From: Ramazzottius varieornatus
Taxonomy: Eukaryota; Animalia; Tardigrada
Length of the DNA stretch: 64,000 bases
Direction: 5' to 3'
Assembly: GCA_001949185.1 (NCBI GenBank)
Contig: BDGG01000002.1
Span: forward strand, 6,934,448-6,998,447
Part shown: positions 1 through 11,619 of the stretch, piece by piece
How the letters are laid out: each line of letters opens with the position of its first letter
Position numbering within the stretch: the stretch's first letter is position 1
The notes under the pieces: model-generated
What the model was told of the DNA's origin: nothing
Databases searched by the model: none
The model's input: the letters and a program-made list of their open reading frames with translations, nothing else
Made by a program: the position numbers and the translations under genes

Positions 1-323
1 ATGATAAGCTCATCCGGTACCAACGCGCCAGAAGAGATATAGTTTGTCACCTCCTTGCCGAGCTCTGCAAGATACAACACCGTTAGCACCACATGGTTTT
101 GCAGCAAATGCATCCTCTACGCTCTCCAAACGGACCAGGAGTAGAAGGTTAGCGTGCTAGAATAGCTGTCCACACCTGTGTTTTCTTGCTGCTGCTTCCG
201 CAGAATGTCGCCGGAGACAATATGCTGAAGGCCGAAGGTCTTGCATACTCTCTCGGCGATTGTTCCCTTTCCTGATCCGGGCGCGCCAAGGATGATGGTA
301 CGGAATGTTGATGCGGCAGACAT
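1..323 (-). CDS. AK3: Adenylate kinase, AK3/AK4-type (5' part only; runs off the window)
   Basis: MSAASTFRTIILGAPGSGKGTIAERV (P-loop). Exon 323-176, GT-AG intron, then an exon from 64 reading ELGKEVTNYISSGALVPDELI (NMP-binding region). Confidence 0.85.
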
Positions 324-668
324 GTTTGATGGAAAATTCAATGTCAGTGGATGAGCCTGGACAACCGAACTGAAGCTCAGAATGAAGAATAACGAGGAAA
401 TCATGGAGTCTAAACTCAATTATATTTTCGCTAATTAGCGTCTACCACGTTCCGCAACAGTGCGTTTGCGAGAAAGCAGATGTCACATGATTGACGTGAA
501 GGGAATATTGCAAAATCAATGAATCACCTTGGATTTCTCAGCAATATGATATGAATGACATGACATAAACGCCAGACAGTTTACTACTCTTTGGTTGACT
601 TTCTTCAGGACCCCGGAATCCCCGGATAACGAAGTTCTCTCCTCAGGCGACCAGTCCTCGACCGAACC

Positions 669-1793
669 ATGGAGGTTTTCGATCAAGACCTTACAGATCT
701 GGCAAACGAATATCGAGATTCTGACGAGGTTTTATCCGATGAAGGGTTGGAGGACTGCGGCTCCATATCCACGTAAGTTACTTCCGGTCGGTTTAGTGTA
801 TATGGATAATATGATACTGTATGCCTCTCGTCGTATCAAGGTGAGCTGCATGAGTGTTCTGTTTAGGTCTGAGGAGGATGACTGTTCCGAAGATGAGGGA
901 GACACCCGCCGCTTCAAATGCGACTTTCCTGGTTGCGACGCCGCGTTCAGGAAGTCGTGCCGACTCCAGTGGCATATCCGAGTGCACGACGGCGAAAGGC
1001 CGTACAGATGTGACTTCCCGAAGTGCGAGAAGCAGTATACCCGATCATATCATCTGACAAGACACAAGAAGAAAGCACATGGAAGAGCAGGATCGCCTTC
1101 AGGAACACCCAGCTACCCATGCTTGTTGGACGGGTGCAGGAAAGTTCTCTCGACGAAGCAGCTCTTGGATCGTCATGTAGACAACTACCATAAGAGACGA
1201 CAGTTTGCGTGCGCGACTTGCGGCAAGCGGTTTCAGAAGCACCAACATCTGCGATCTCACGAGTTCGAGCATAACAAGGTGTTTCCGTTTGTATGCTTGA
1301 ATGAGAACTGTGGAAAAGGTTAGTTGATTTTCGGCTCAATAGTCTATCGTGCTTTCCATGGATGTATCTGGTATTTCTAGGGTTTTTGACTCGGGCGAAA
1401 CTGACCCGACATTCCAAAAGCCACGAAGGATACGCGTGTGACGTCGAGACCTGCAAAGAGAAATTCGACAAGTGGTCCACGCTTCGAAAGCACAAGGCGA
1501 GTGCGCATCGGAAGGTATTCCAGTGTCAGCGATGTTCCAAAACGCTCTCCCGTCGGTCATTGCTGGAAGACCACGTCACAACTCACGATGAGGAACGAGA
1601 AGCGTTCGAGTGTTCCAAGTGCAGAAGCGTCTTGCTGTCCCAGAAGTCCTTGAAGACTCATCAGGTGCACTGTGGAGTTTTGAAAGAGCAGCTCATTTGC
1701 AGCTTTCCAGCTTGTGGTAAAATATTTGTGCGAAAAGCTAACTTTGTGAAACATGAGAGCTTGCATTCGTTGTCGGTACCCGACGGTTTGTAG
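669..1793 (+). CDS. GTF3A: Transcription factor IIIA-like protein with nine C2H2 zinc fingers
   Basis: Exons ~669-772, 867-1318 and 1381-1793 are phase-compatible. Acidic N-terminus then nine fingers, starting FKCDFPGC..HIRVHDGERPYRCDFPKC and including the TFIIIA-like short finger 5-6 linker HSKSHEGYAC. Confidence 0.8.
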
Positions 1794-2321
1794 CACTGTA
1801 GCGGTATATGGTACCTTCCAAGGTGCCCTGTCTTCCAAACATTTAGCTAACTGTTGCGGATACACCAACGATGTGTACACCAGTGACTTCCGGCAAAGTT
1901 TTATTTCCTGTTTTTGTTCTGACTCCGATGCTACAGTACTTCCGTCTTGTTGTTGAACATGGTTATTCACATTTTTCCCGAACTCTCTGCTTACAGTAGT
2001 AAAAAGCTTAGGTATACATAGGCAACCTTGACTTGTTGTCGCAGTTTCTTCAAAGCTTCGCCGGGGTGGGTGGTTGGATTCGCTTTCTGGTCTTTAGAGT
2101 TCGGAACTTGGGAAGAAACGCAAACATTGCAGTAAGATCAAGTCGTTTTGTGTTATGTCATGTCATGTCATTTTTAGCCTTGATTCTTGATTTGCAAGCA
2201 GCATTAAGCTGCACAATGCACATCCCGTCAAGCAGTTTCAGCTGTAACAGCTGTTCTGTGGTTGTCGCTAGATTCTCCGCCGAAAGTAAGATTGGCTTCG
2301 CGGTGACTGGGGGATCTGAAC

Positions 2322-5300
2322 ATGAGGGAGGTGCTGATGGTAGCCGAGAAGCCGAACTTGGCGCAGACGATCTCTGGCCTTCTCTCTAATGACAGTGCCC
2401 GGAAAGGATGCATCGACCGACGCCTTAGCAAAGGACTCCCGCTCTATGAATGGAGCGGACCATGGCCAGCTACGGGAGAATTGGTTCATTACAAGATGAC
2501 TAGTACCTATGGGCATGTCTGCCAAATCGATGTATGACGCTTTCTAGGTTGGGTACTTGTATCGAAACCTCACTCAAGCTTTCTTTGCAGTTCGAACCAT
2601 TAGCTCAAGACTGGAACGTGGATCCGGAACAACTCTTCTCGTGTGGCATCGTCAAGAAAGAGCGCGATGAACAAGCGAGAGTTAGCCAACAATTGGCGAG
2701 CGCCGGCAGACATGCAGATTTCCTTGTGCTTTGGCTGGATTGCGATAAAGAAGGAGAGAATATCTGCTTCGAGGTGATGGATGCCGTCGTTCCTGTAATG
2801 AATAGCAGACCGGAAATGCAGCGTGTTTATCGGGCTCTCTTCAGCGCCTTGACCGAAGCGGATGTTAAAGATGCGTTCCATCAGCTAAGGACCCCGAACC
2901 ATAACGAATCGCTCTCGGTGGATGCAAGAATGGAACTTGACGTTCGTATTCACTTTTACGGAACCTTCGATATTTGTATCACTTATGTAAAACGTTTTCT
3001 TGTAGTTGCGAATCGGATGCGCTTTTACTCGGTTCCAGACGAAGACTCTCAAGAAAAAGTACGGTAGAGAAACGCTGAACACGGATACAGTTCCCTATGG
3101 ACCCTGTCAGACTCCCACTTTGTCTTTCTGCGTGGAACGCTACAAGAGCATGCGGAGTTTCGTGGGACAGCCTTACTTCCGGGTGAACGTTGCTGTCCTT
3201 CTCCCAGGTACGTACTTCCAGTGGCNNNNNNNNNNNNNNNNNNNNNNNNNNNNNNNNNNNNNNNNNNNNNNNNNNGACTTCATTGAACTATCTTCGGCCT
3301 CCCGCTCCTACCTCATGTTATCCCAAGGCTGCCCTCAAAATATTTACCGCTAACGTCACAAGTACTGGTGCAGAAATTGCACATCCAGCGCATGGATAAC
3401 GCAGCCGCCACTGCGTACTTCTAATATTTCTCACTAATTTCTGTGTTTTGTGCCCAATGGCACGGTTATGCATGAGTATGTTGTTGTCTATTGTAGATGG
3501 AAGTCTTGTTCCGCTCGAATGGAAGAGGAAGCGTACCTTCGACAGTCGAGAAGCTCAAAGCATCGTCCAGCGTGTACTTCAAGCGCATAACTTGTGTGTG
3601 TCCGATGTTCGAGCGGAAGAACGACGGAAGGGTCGTCCGTCAGCTTTGAATACAGTTCAAATGCTGCGACTTGCGAGCTCCCAGCTACGCATGTCTCCCA
3701 ATCACACAATGGAGTTGGCGGAGAGACTCTATATGGAGGGATTCATTAGCTACCCGCGAACAGAAACGACGCAGGTATGAGAATATCCGAATTTAAGACT
3801 ACATACAGCACTTGAATGTAATCAGATCTCTCTCCTTCGTAGTATCCAAATAGTTTTGATCGTCTTTCGACATTGTCATCCATCACGGGTCGTGACGAGC
3901 TGGGCCAGTATGCGGAGCGCCTGATATACGACATGCCCAGTGGCGGACCAAGTGGGCAGGATCGCGGAGATCATCCACCCATTGTTCCTCTGAAACGCGC
4001 TAGCCCGAAGCTCATGAACGATAACAGAGCGTATGGACTGTATCAGCTCATTTGTGCCAACGTCTTAGCTAGTCTTTCCGCTGACTGTACTTACCTCGAG
4101 AAGACAGTTTCGTTCGATGTGGCGGGCGAGCGGTTCCAGATGGAAGGCATCGAAGTACTAGACGAAGGCTTTACGGAGGTCCTAAAACACCTGAAGGTAA
4201 TAAACCACCGACGAAATTCGGAAAATACGGGAAAATTAGGGTGCCCATCAAGTTATATAAAACTGGATAAATATCGAGTGCGAACAAAGCCGCGCACGCT
4301 TTCGGCCATTAGCCCCGGAAACGTGCGCCACTTGGGTGAACGATCTTGTTGAGCTTGGTTGTCGAGGTCCCATTTATATGAGGTATTGTTGATACGTGCA
4401 GATGAGAAGTCGGAATATTCCGAGGCTGAACATCGGTAATTACGTCACGGTCAAGAGCGCGCAAGTCAAGGAAGAAGTTACGAAAGCGCCGGAACTTCTG
4501 ACCGAAAGCGACTTGATAGACCTCATGGAGAAACATGGCATCGGCACGGACGCAAGTATACCTGTACATATCCAGAGCGTCTTTAAGAGGAACTTTGTCA
4601 CCCTAACCGAAGACAGACGAATCCTACCAACACCAATGGGCATCGCCATGATCGACGGATACAACGCGCTCGACGACGACCTCTCAAAACCTCAAATCCG
4701 ATCAACATTAGAGAAAGATCTAACCCTTATCGCAGGTTAGTAACTACTTCACTACGTGTTCGACTGTTCGAATCGAAATAATAAAAATGAAAGTCTGTAT
4801 AGAGGGGAAAGCGAGGAAAGAAGACATCGTTGCTCACGTTTTGCAAATTTACAAAGATAAATTTCGGTACTTGCGAGACCACTTCGACATCATGGACAAG
4901 TCCATAGCGAGTATCCTACATTTTCAGCCAGCCATTCCACTACCAGTAACACAGAGCGCGCCTAGAAACCCGCAAGCTTCACGCTTCGAGAGTCCAGCAA
5001 GACCACTGGTCAAGCGTCGGAGCGATCCAGGAACACTTTATGACGGCCCGTCTCCTAAGCACTTCAAGTCTTCCTTTAGAGATGAAAGCTGGCATCGAGA
5101 CTATGATAATGCCAACACTGCTCCGCTTGGCTCAGTTCAACTGCCGGTAATAGCGACAAGTGCGGTGGCGTCTTCTGGAGAAAGCTCTTCCTTGACGCAG
5201 AGGCTACTGGCACTATCGGGAACTGTCCATTCGGCACCAGTCCATCCCGCACCAGTCCAACAAAACATTCCTATGACCGTCCTACCGCAGTTTCGCACGC

Positions 5301-7047
5301 CAGCTGTTGCTTCGCGTATGGCTCCTCCAGCGGTATGTCAAACAAAAGCTGGACAAACAAACTCGACGAGATCGCTTTCTAAGTGGCGCATGTCTCAAGT
5401 AATACTGGCCGGAAGCCTGCGCCACGTGGGGAAACGATCTGGTCGAGTTCATTTGCTCAGCAGCCTGAGCTTCCAAATATCCAACATCAAGTTTGGTGTT
5501 TGATGCAGTTGGTCTAGTGGATAATATTGTGTAGCATTGGTGGTTTTTTTCTGCCAGACGAATCCGTTTGCTGTTCTTTTGGAGTCTGTCAATACTCCTG
5601 TACGCCTAGGCTTTCGTGCCCAGCCTCCTCCAACGCCTACCGTCGAGTCCGACGTTCTCCGAGCAAAAAGCGTGAATCGAGTTGTAGAGAATCCAGCGTC
5701 AGTACCCGTAGCCAGATCGCAGGAAGTTACGGTTTCGCCCGCTGATAGTAGCACTCCAGCGATCCCAGTAAGGGCGGACCCCGGTCTGCAGAAGCTGATG
5801 GATAGGGACTGGTCGATAGACGTCACCAGTATCTCGTTGCCGACAGGACCTGAAGTTCCAGGATTAGAGAATGTACCGAGCGTCTTTGCGGACAGCTCTT
5901 GGTCCGCAGTAGAGCCACCGGAAGTAAAGCCAGAAATCGACGAAATACCAGTGGTAAAACAAGAAATTCTCGAGATTCCTTACCATCCACACCCAGTGGA
6001 ACAAGAAGTCAAACAAGAAATCTATGAAGTACCTCACAATCAATGGCAGCCGCCCTATCAGCAACAGGCACGGCCCTCAGTCTTCTGTCCGGTCCGTGCT
6101 CGGCCAGGGAATGGGCAGCTTCAACGGACCTTCCGTCCACCACAGGGCGATGGGTATTCGACGCCGCCGGCGCCGTCCTACGGGGGACAGCCCTGTAAGA
6201 ACTTGTCCTTGGAATTCTTTGAACTTGGAACTCTTTGAAATCGTCTTCAGTAATTTGTTTTGTTTCATTTTTGTTTTGTTAGTCCATGTTCCTGGGGCAC
6301 TTCACCCTTTGATGTCTGGAAATACGAGATCACCATCGCTTAGTGCCAATAACTCGAAGCCGAGAAGTGCAAGTAAGCATTAGTCCACTTTGGGCTTTTC
6401 CGTCCGGTCGAAAACTTAGAATGCTTTGTCAAATTCGTACTCGATCAACACTTTCTACTTTCCGTAGTATTCCGTGATCTTCACAATATCTGACTTTCTA
6501 CATAATGAAATTAGTGTGGTCTCGTTCCTGGCTTCTTATGTAAGTTGAGTTGAATGTTTCTTTTGCTTATTGCAGTTCCCGGGCTGGAAAAATTCAGTAT
6601 TCAAGGTCAGTACGAATAACAGTCTGCTGAACCGCCGTATGAGTTCTGTCGACGAGCGGCTGTGTTTTGTCGAATTGCTTCCTGCTTATTTCCGGTTCAT
6701 ATAATTGTGTTGTTTGCAGGGAAGGATCCAGTGCAGGCCATACACGAGATGTGCGCCAAATTCAAATTAGCCGGACCGTCGTTTGATCTGATAGAAGAGT
6801 CTGGACCTCCTCACCTGCGTCAGTTCTCTTACCAGGTATCCATGGACTTTGAAAAACCGCTGCACTGTTACTTGTGAAGAATAGTTCATCAGTGAGTCTC
6901 ATACATGTTGACGATAGCTCATGTGTTCTTGTACAGCTTGTGGTCGACGGCACACGCTATGGTCCCTTCCGGTCCGGAAACAAGAAAGAATGTATGAAGG
7001 GAGCAGCTAAAATTTGTCTTTCGGCCCTTGGTTTCAATGTTGCTTGA
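2322..7047 (+). CDS. TOP3B: DNA/RNA topoisomerase III beta-like, with Pro/Gln-rich linker and predicted C-terminal dsRBD
   Basis: MREVLMVAEKPNLA, TOPRIM WLDCDKEGENI, ELDLRIGCAFTRFQT, YGPCQTPTL, catalytic GFISYPRTET, DHPPI, MEKHGIGTDASIPVHI. Exons ~2322-2531, 2591-2941, 3006-3207, 3497-3774, 3843-4196, 4402-4735, 4803-5332, 5558-6194, 6283-6372, 6576-6605, 6720-6835, 6937-7047. The core is secure; the link to the dsRBD is inferred from splice phases. Confidence 0.85.
3226..3275. other. Assembly gap (50 N) inside a TOP3B intron
   Basis: Run of n between donor ~3208 and acceptor ~3496. Confidence 0.95.
4287..4333. repeat. Fold-back element core, copy 1 (TOP3B intron)
   Basis: AAGCCGCGCAC-N25-GTGCGCCACTT. 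Confidence 0.75.
5360..5448. repeat. Fold-back element, copy 2 (TOP3B intron)
   Basis: AACTCGACGAGATCGCTTTCTAAGTGGCGCAT-N25-CTGCGCCACGTGGGGAAACGATCTGGTCGAGTT. Confidence 0.85.
6720..7047 (+). CDS. Double-stranded RNA-binding domain (DSRM), SON-like; terminal exons of the TOP3B model
   Basis: Spliced translation GKDPVQAIHEMCAKFKLAGPSFDLIEESGPPHLRQFSYQ|LVVDGTRYGPFRSGNKKECMKGAAKICLSALGFNVA*. Contains the dsRBD GPxH loop and the KKxxK..AA helix. Confidence 0.85.
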
Positions 7048-7252
7048 CGAGGAAGCAGACTTGGTAAACAAGTTTAGACGGTAAGGCGACAAGCATGAAC
7101 CATAAGATTTCAAGTGTGTTTCGTTTTACTGACGAGTTTTGTTCTACTACGGTGTGGACACTACGCAAATGAGCTCACTGCTAACATTTCACGACTTTTT
7201 TGAAGAGAAATGCGAATCAGGAAGAAGCATATTAGTGACATAATAAAAACGA

Positions 7253-8705
7253 TCAAGAAAACTCCAGTTTTGTTTGCCCATTCGCCGTAATAAGACTGAC
7301 CAGACTTCCAGAAGCCGGTCGGTCTTGGTTTTCTACCCATTTATGGAGCATCTCGGCCACATACTCCATCGGGGTCCACGAAGAGGTGTCGGCTTTCGGC
7401 ATCCACTTCCTGTTCATGGGTGTGTCCAGGGTTGTGCTGCGAAACGGAAGTTCATTAGGACCCGTTATTCATTTTAGCCACGCCATATTTCACGCCTGGA
7501 TGTCTGTGAGCGATACTCACGGTAGTATCGCTACGGCAGCGACGCCCTCAGGAAGTCCGCTGTTTGTAGCGGCCAAACTCCTCACCAGCTGATGTACTGC
7601 GGCCTTCGCCATGCCGTAACCAATCATGCCCGGAGTTCCTTCCAAAGCAGGACGAGCTCCTGTTAACGTGAGTAGTCCTCCGGGTCGAAGGAAGAGGCTA
7701 GCCAGGCGGGAAGCTATAGCGCTCGACCATACGCTCTGTTTCAAAACTAGATCCGTATTTTTTATGAAGTCTGAAAACAACACTCACGGCCTCACGCTGC
7801 CATTTGTATGGGACTGGAAACAAATAAATGTAACGCGCTATAGAAGTTTCATCGATTTCTTACCTTCAGCCGCTGCATTTCCTCCAGCCCATCCGCCTGC
7901 AACGCACACCAGACAGTCCAACTTGGAATCGCCCAAGAGACTCTTCACGCCAGAGACAATTTCCTGTTCCTGCTCAAGCAAAGATTCACTCTTCGTGATG
8001 GATACGTTCCCATTCGCATCCTCGTTGTTGGCAAAGTCCAGAGAACCGACCCACTGCAAAGCCAAAACATCAGCAATACGGTACGAGGTAAACGACATAA
8101 TTCGGGCATATCGATTTTCGCACCATAATTCGGGCAACGTGAAAGATTTGAACATTACCTTCAACGCTTGATTCATCCCTCACCGTACGTGTGTTGATAC
8201 AACATTAGGCATTTTAACATTGGACAGACCCATCTCTATCCCAGGCCGAATTCCCGTAATCTACAACGCTTTCCCGTTCTCAACCCTATTGAAACCTCGA
8301 GGAGAGGGATCAGTCTACCTCAGGGAACAAGAAGCGGTTCATTACGCGCAGCAGGAGCTGAGAAAAAATATGCCCGAATTACGAGTGGAAAAACCCCTAT
8401 GCCCGAATTATGTCGTTTACCTCGTAATGCTTATATTAGTAGAGCAAAACTCAACAGGCACAACGATCGCGCATGACGCCATTTAATATACCACATTAGG
8501 CCCGCGTTCTACGAAATATCTGTATTACGGCCATGATGTCAGCATAAGTAATGCGCCCACTCATCGGAATTGAAGCTTTGTACGGTAGCAAATTTAAATT
8601 TTGTTGACTTACATATCCTTGAGCCTTGAAGTGCTTCACCACAGTTGCTCCAAGTGCTCCTCGTCCGCCGTACACCAACACTCGTCTCGCACTCGTTGCA
8701 GCCAT
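7253..8705 (-). CDS. QDPR: Dihydropteridine reductase (QDPR)
   Basis: [50 protein letters not shown] (YxxxK), [15 protein letters not shown]; four exons. Confidence 0.95.
8084..8424. mobile_element. Tc1/mariner-type MITE (341 bp) in QDPR intron 1
   Basis: Perfect 27-bp TIR CGAGGTAAACGACATAATTCGGGCATA (8084-8110) and its reverse complement (8398-8424), flanked by TA on both sides. A second TAATTCGGGCA copy lies inside each end. Confidence 0.9.
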
Positions 8706-11559
8706 CCTTCAAGACTGAGCTGGTACCCAGAGAATGCGAAGTCCAAGGCGGAAACGACAAAATGTTGATCCCTGAGTTAATTGTGAAGCGCAATCAATGC
8801 TTGTCAAGTGATCCTTACTACATTCTCTGCCGCTGCCGGAAGCGACGTCAACAATCGTGAGTCTATCAGACAAAATCAGCCAGAAGTTAGTGGAACCGAT
8901 GCGAACAAATCGATACGTAACGGCGTAACGTGATAAATGATAATGTTATCTTACCCACTTACCGGCAACTCTTCGCCCCGCCTTTGTCGAAAATCTCCAA
9001 TCGGTTGTCGGTCCTGTGATGCCAGAAAAGTTTACTCCCACGTTGAATAATGTTGCCGACAGCAGTATCCCAGGCGTTCAGTCGATTAAGATTCAAGAAA
9101 CCCTGCGGAATTGCAGAAACAGAGTGGAAACTCTAAAAAAATGATCTGAATTCTGAAAACTGCCACTTTGCTGCTCGTCTCGCGCATGACGTCACAGTTC
9201 CGCAGTGACATCAAACGCAGCGGCGTTCTCTTGGGCGGTTTTTTCTATAGTCTATCGAGTCTTTGGTAGAGTCTGTGGACTGAGCGATCTTGCATATTTC
9301 AGGAACACTCGATTACTATTGATTAACTGAGCCCCACTGCCATGTCGAAATCAGAGGTTCCGACTTCCGATAACATCATGTTTCATGATGAGCTGCCGGT
9401 CGGCTTTCCTGGTTCGGAACCTCGCCTCCGGACCAATCGTGTTATATTTTTTCCGATCAGTGCTAACTACTACCTGACTCATAATCAAATTATCAAGAAG
9501 GGAAGTTTTCGCACTTTTACGGTTACTCTTCTCGAGAACCATGCGAATCGTACTATAGTTAGTACAGTATAACGATCGGCTCTTGATCACGATAATTGAC
9601 ACGGGAATTGTTTGCTTATGTCGAAGCATGGAGTAATTAAACCTGAACTTGCTAAGTGGCGCCACAGTATCCACTTTGCTCTTGCGAAACTACTTTGCCG
9701 ACACCGATATTAGCAGCTGATGATGTCTTTCATCGGCATGCGCAAAATACCTGCTACACTACACATCCTAGGACATGGCGAAACTAACAGCTATCCACCC
9801 TAATCACTAAAGTCACTGAATCTCTACGATGTCGTACTACCAGCAAATAAAAGATGATCCTCGTCGTAAGCTCGTTTTACATTTCTGCGTCACGCTCTTT
9901 TATGCGAGCTTAGGGAGGCAGTCGAATGAAAAGGCAGATTTAGTCCAGGAAGTCGCCTTGTACAATACCCTTCATTTCTTTCTTTTCTTCTAATGGATTC
10001 GGGCTGGACGTCATAATCATGCGATATCGTTGCGTACTGCAGAACAAGATTCGCTCATCCTCCTGGACCAATTGTAAGAGTACGTTGCCGTCGCGGCAAA
10101 GTGCTAACTTATTTTTAGTAGTGGGAGGGGAACATTATTACGTGTGGGACGGTGAACTCGATCGGTTCTCCATACAAAAGGGATTAATGGAATTCATACA
10201 GTGATCTCTAATCCTGTGCTTTTGAACTTGGTTTGAAATGAATCTTACCAACTTAAACAGGCTTCGCACTTCATGTTTCAGACCGGGTTTGAAAACTTTA
10301 AAAGCCCGCAGCTGGAATATCATGACAACATTACTAAACTAATACGTTCGAGCACGATATACGTAGTATTTTTGGTTTCAAGCGACGGGGAGGGGGAATG
10401 AATGATAAAATTCAAAACCTTTAAAACAGATGCCGAAATTCGGCGCGTCAGATCAGAGATACGATTACGCAACCGTAATTTATGCTCCTTACAAGGGAAC
10501 CTTTAGGGACGTTCAATTCCAACTGAAATTCCAGCGGGCTTGAAGAACAGCTTAGAGTTCGAGCAAACTTTGAAACTCGAGCCAGCTACTGTATCGCTAC
10601 AAAAAATTCAGAATGTGCGGCAGCGGCTTCACCGAAGCCACTGCCTATCCTTAGGGAACCCCGAACTTTCTATGGGTTTTTGAGGTCGCGGCATCGCCGG
10701 TTACTGTATGCTCTCCCGAAATTCACGTACGTCACTGACTCTCAAATCATTGGGTCTTACCGTCTAGTTTTACACTCTGAATGGACTGACGTACTCGCCT
10801 TGAAGCAGAGTGCAGCTGGAGACGGTATCGTAGTTTTGACGACGTCTTACAGCGGAACCATGTATCAAAACCCACAAGTTTCACCTTCGAGCTTTCGAGT
10901 TCGTGGTTAGGGTTTTGACCAGTAGCCGTCAACCACAAGCCCGGGACCTGTCGCATCCTCTCGCTTCCCTGTTTTCGAGAGAAGTTGTTGTCATATGGTT
11001 CTGAACGCTTTGAAAGTACACGCAGAGTACCGTGCGATGCACGGTCAACCTTTTACATATGTCTGTATCACCGTGAAAGCCACCACCCAGTAAAAGCTTC
11101 TGCGCAGCTCGCCGAACCTGCCGAGCTTCGCTGGTCGGCAGCCAAAACACGTCATCTGCTCCTTGGGTTTAACCGTCTCACAAGTAGGGATTTACCAGTC
11201 AGTTATGGTGATGAACTGACGATCTGATCAAGTGCGTATTCAATACTTACACCACAGAAATTCCGTACAGAAATAATGGCGATTGCCTTGGTTGACCACG
11301 CGTGTCAGACAAATGTGGACGCTATTTCCGCGGTTGTTGAATAATTGTTTTTCCCCTTTCTCTATCAGGCTATTTGAAAGCTTTTCCATACGGGAAGGTC
11401 GACTTACTGATGTTATGTTGACGGAGAAAGGGACACGGAAGTGCGGATCAGAGTTCATTAAGGGCTTACAAAGATAGATTACACCGCTGATGGAATTACA
11501 ACGCCGGTGTAATTGGCTCCACCCACACCCTTAGGATTGGCACCAGACATTACACTTTC

Positions 11560-11619
11560 GGTGTAATTACGAGTCGCTCCGGAATTACGAGTCGCTCCGG
11601 AACGACTCGTAATTACACC
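11560..11619. repeat. Hairpin with an internal 18-bp tandem duplication
   Basis: GGTGTAATTACGAGTCG...CGACTCGTAATTACACC arms around duplicated AATTACGAGTCGCTCCGG. A related perfect palindrome TGGTGTAATTACACCA lies at 11855-11870. Confidence 0.8.

Noticed and set aside
595-866. N-terminal part of the 242-aa ORF as the TFIIIA start
   Set aside because: It begins at a non-ATG codon and reads through an intron. ATG 669 in another frame splices in phase to 867.
5333-5503. TOP3B ending at the stop codon at 5503
   Set aside because: A strong GTATGT donor at 5333 is in phase with the 5558 acceptor, and the interval contains the intronic fold-back repeat.
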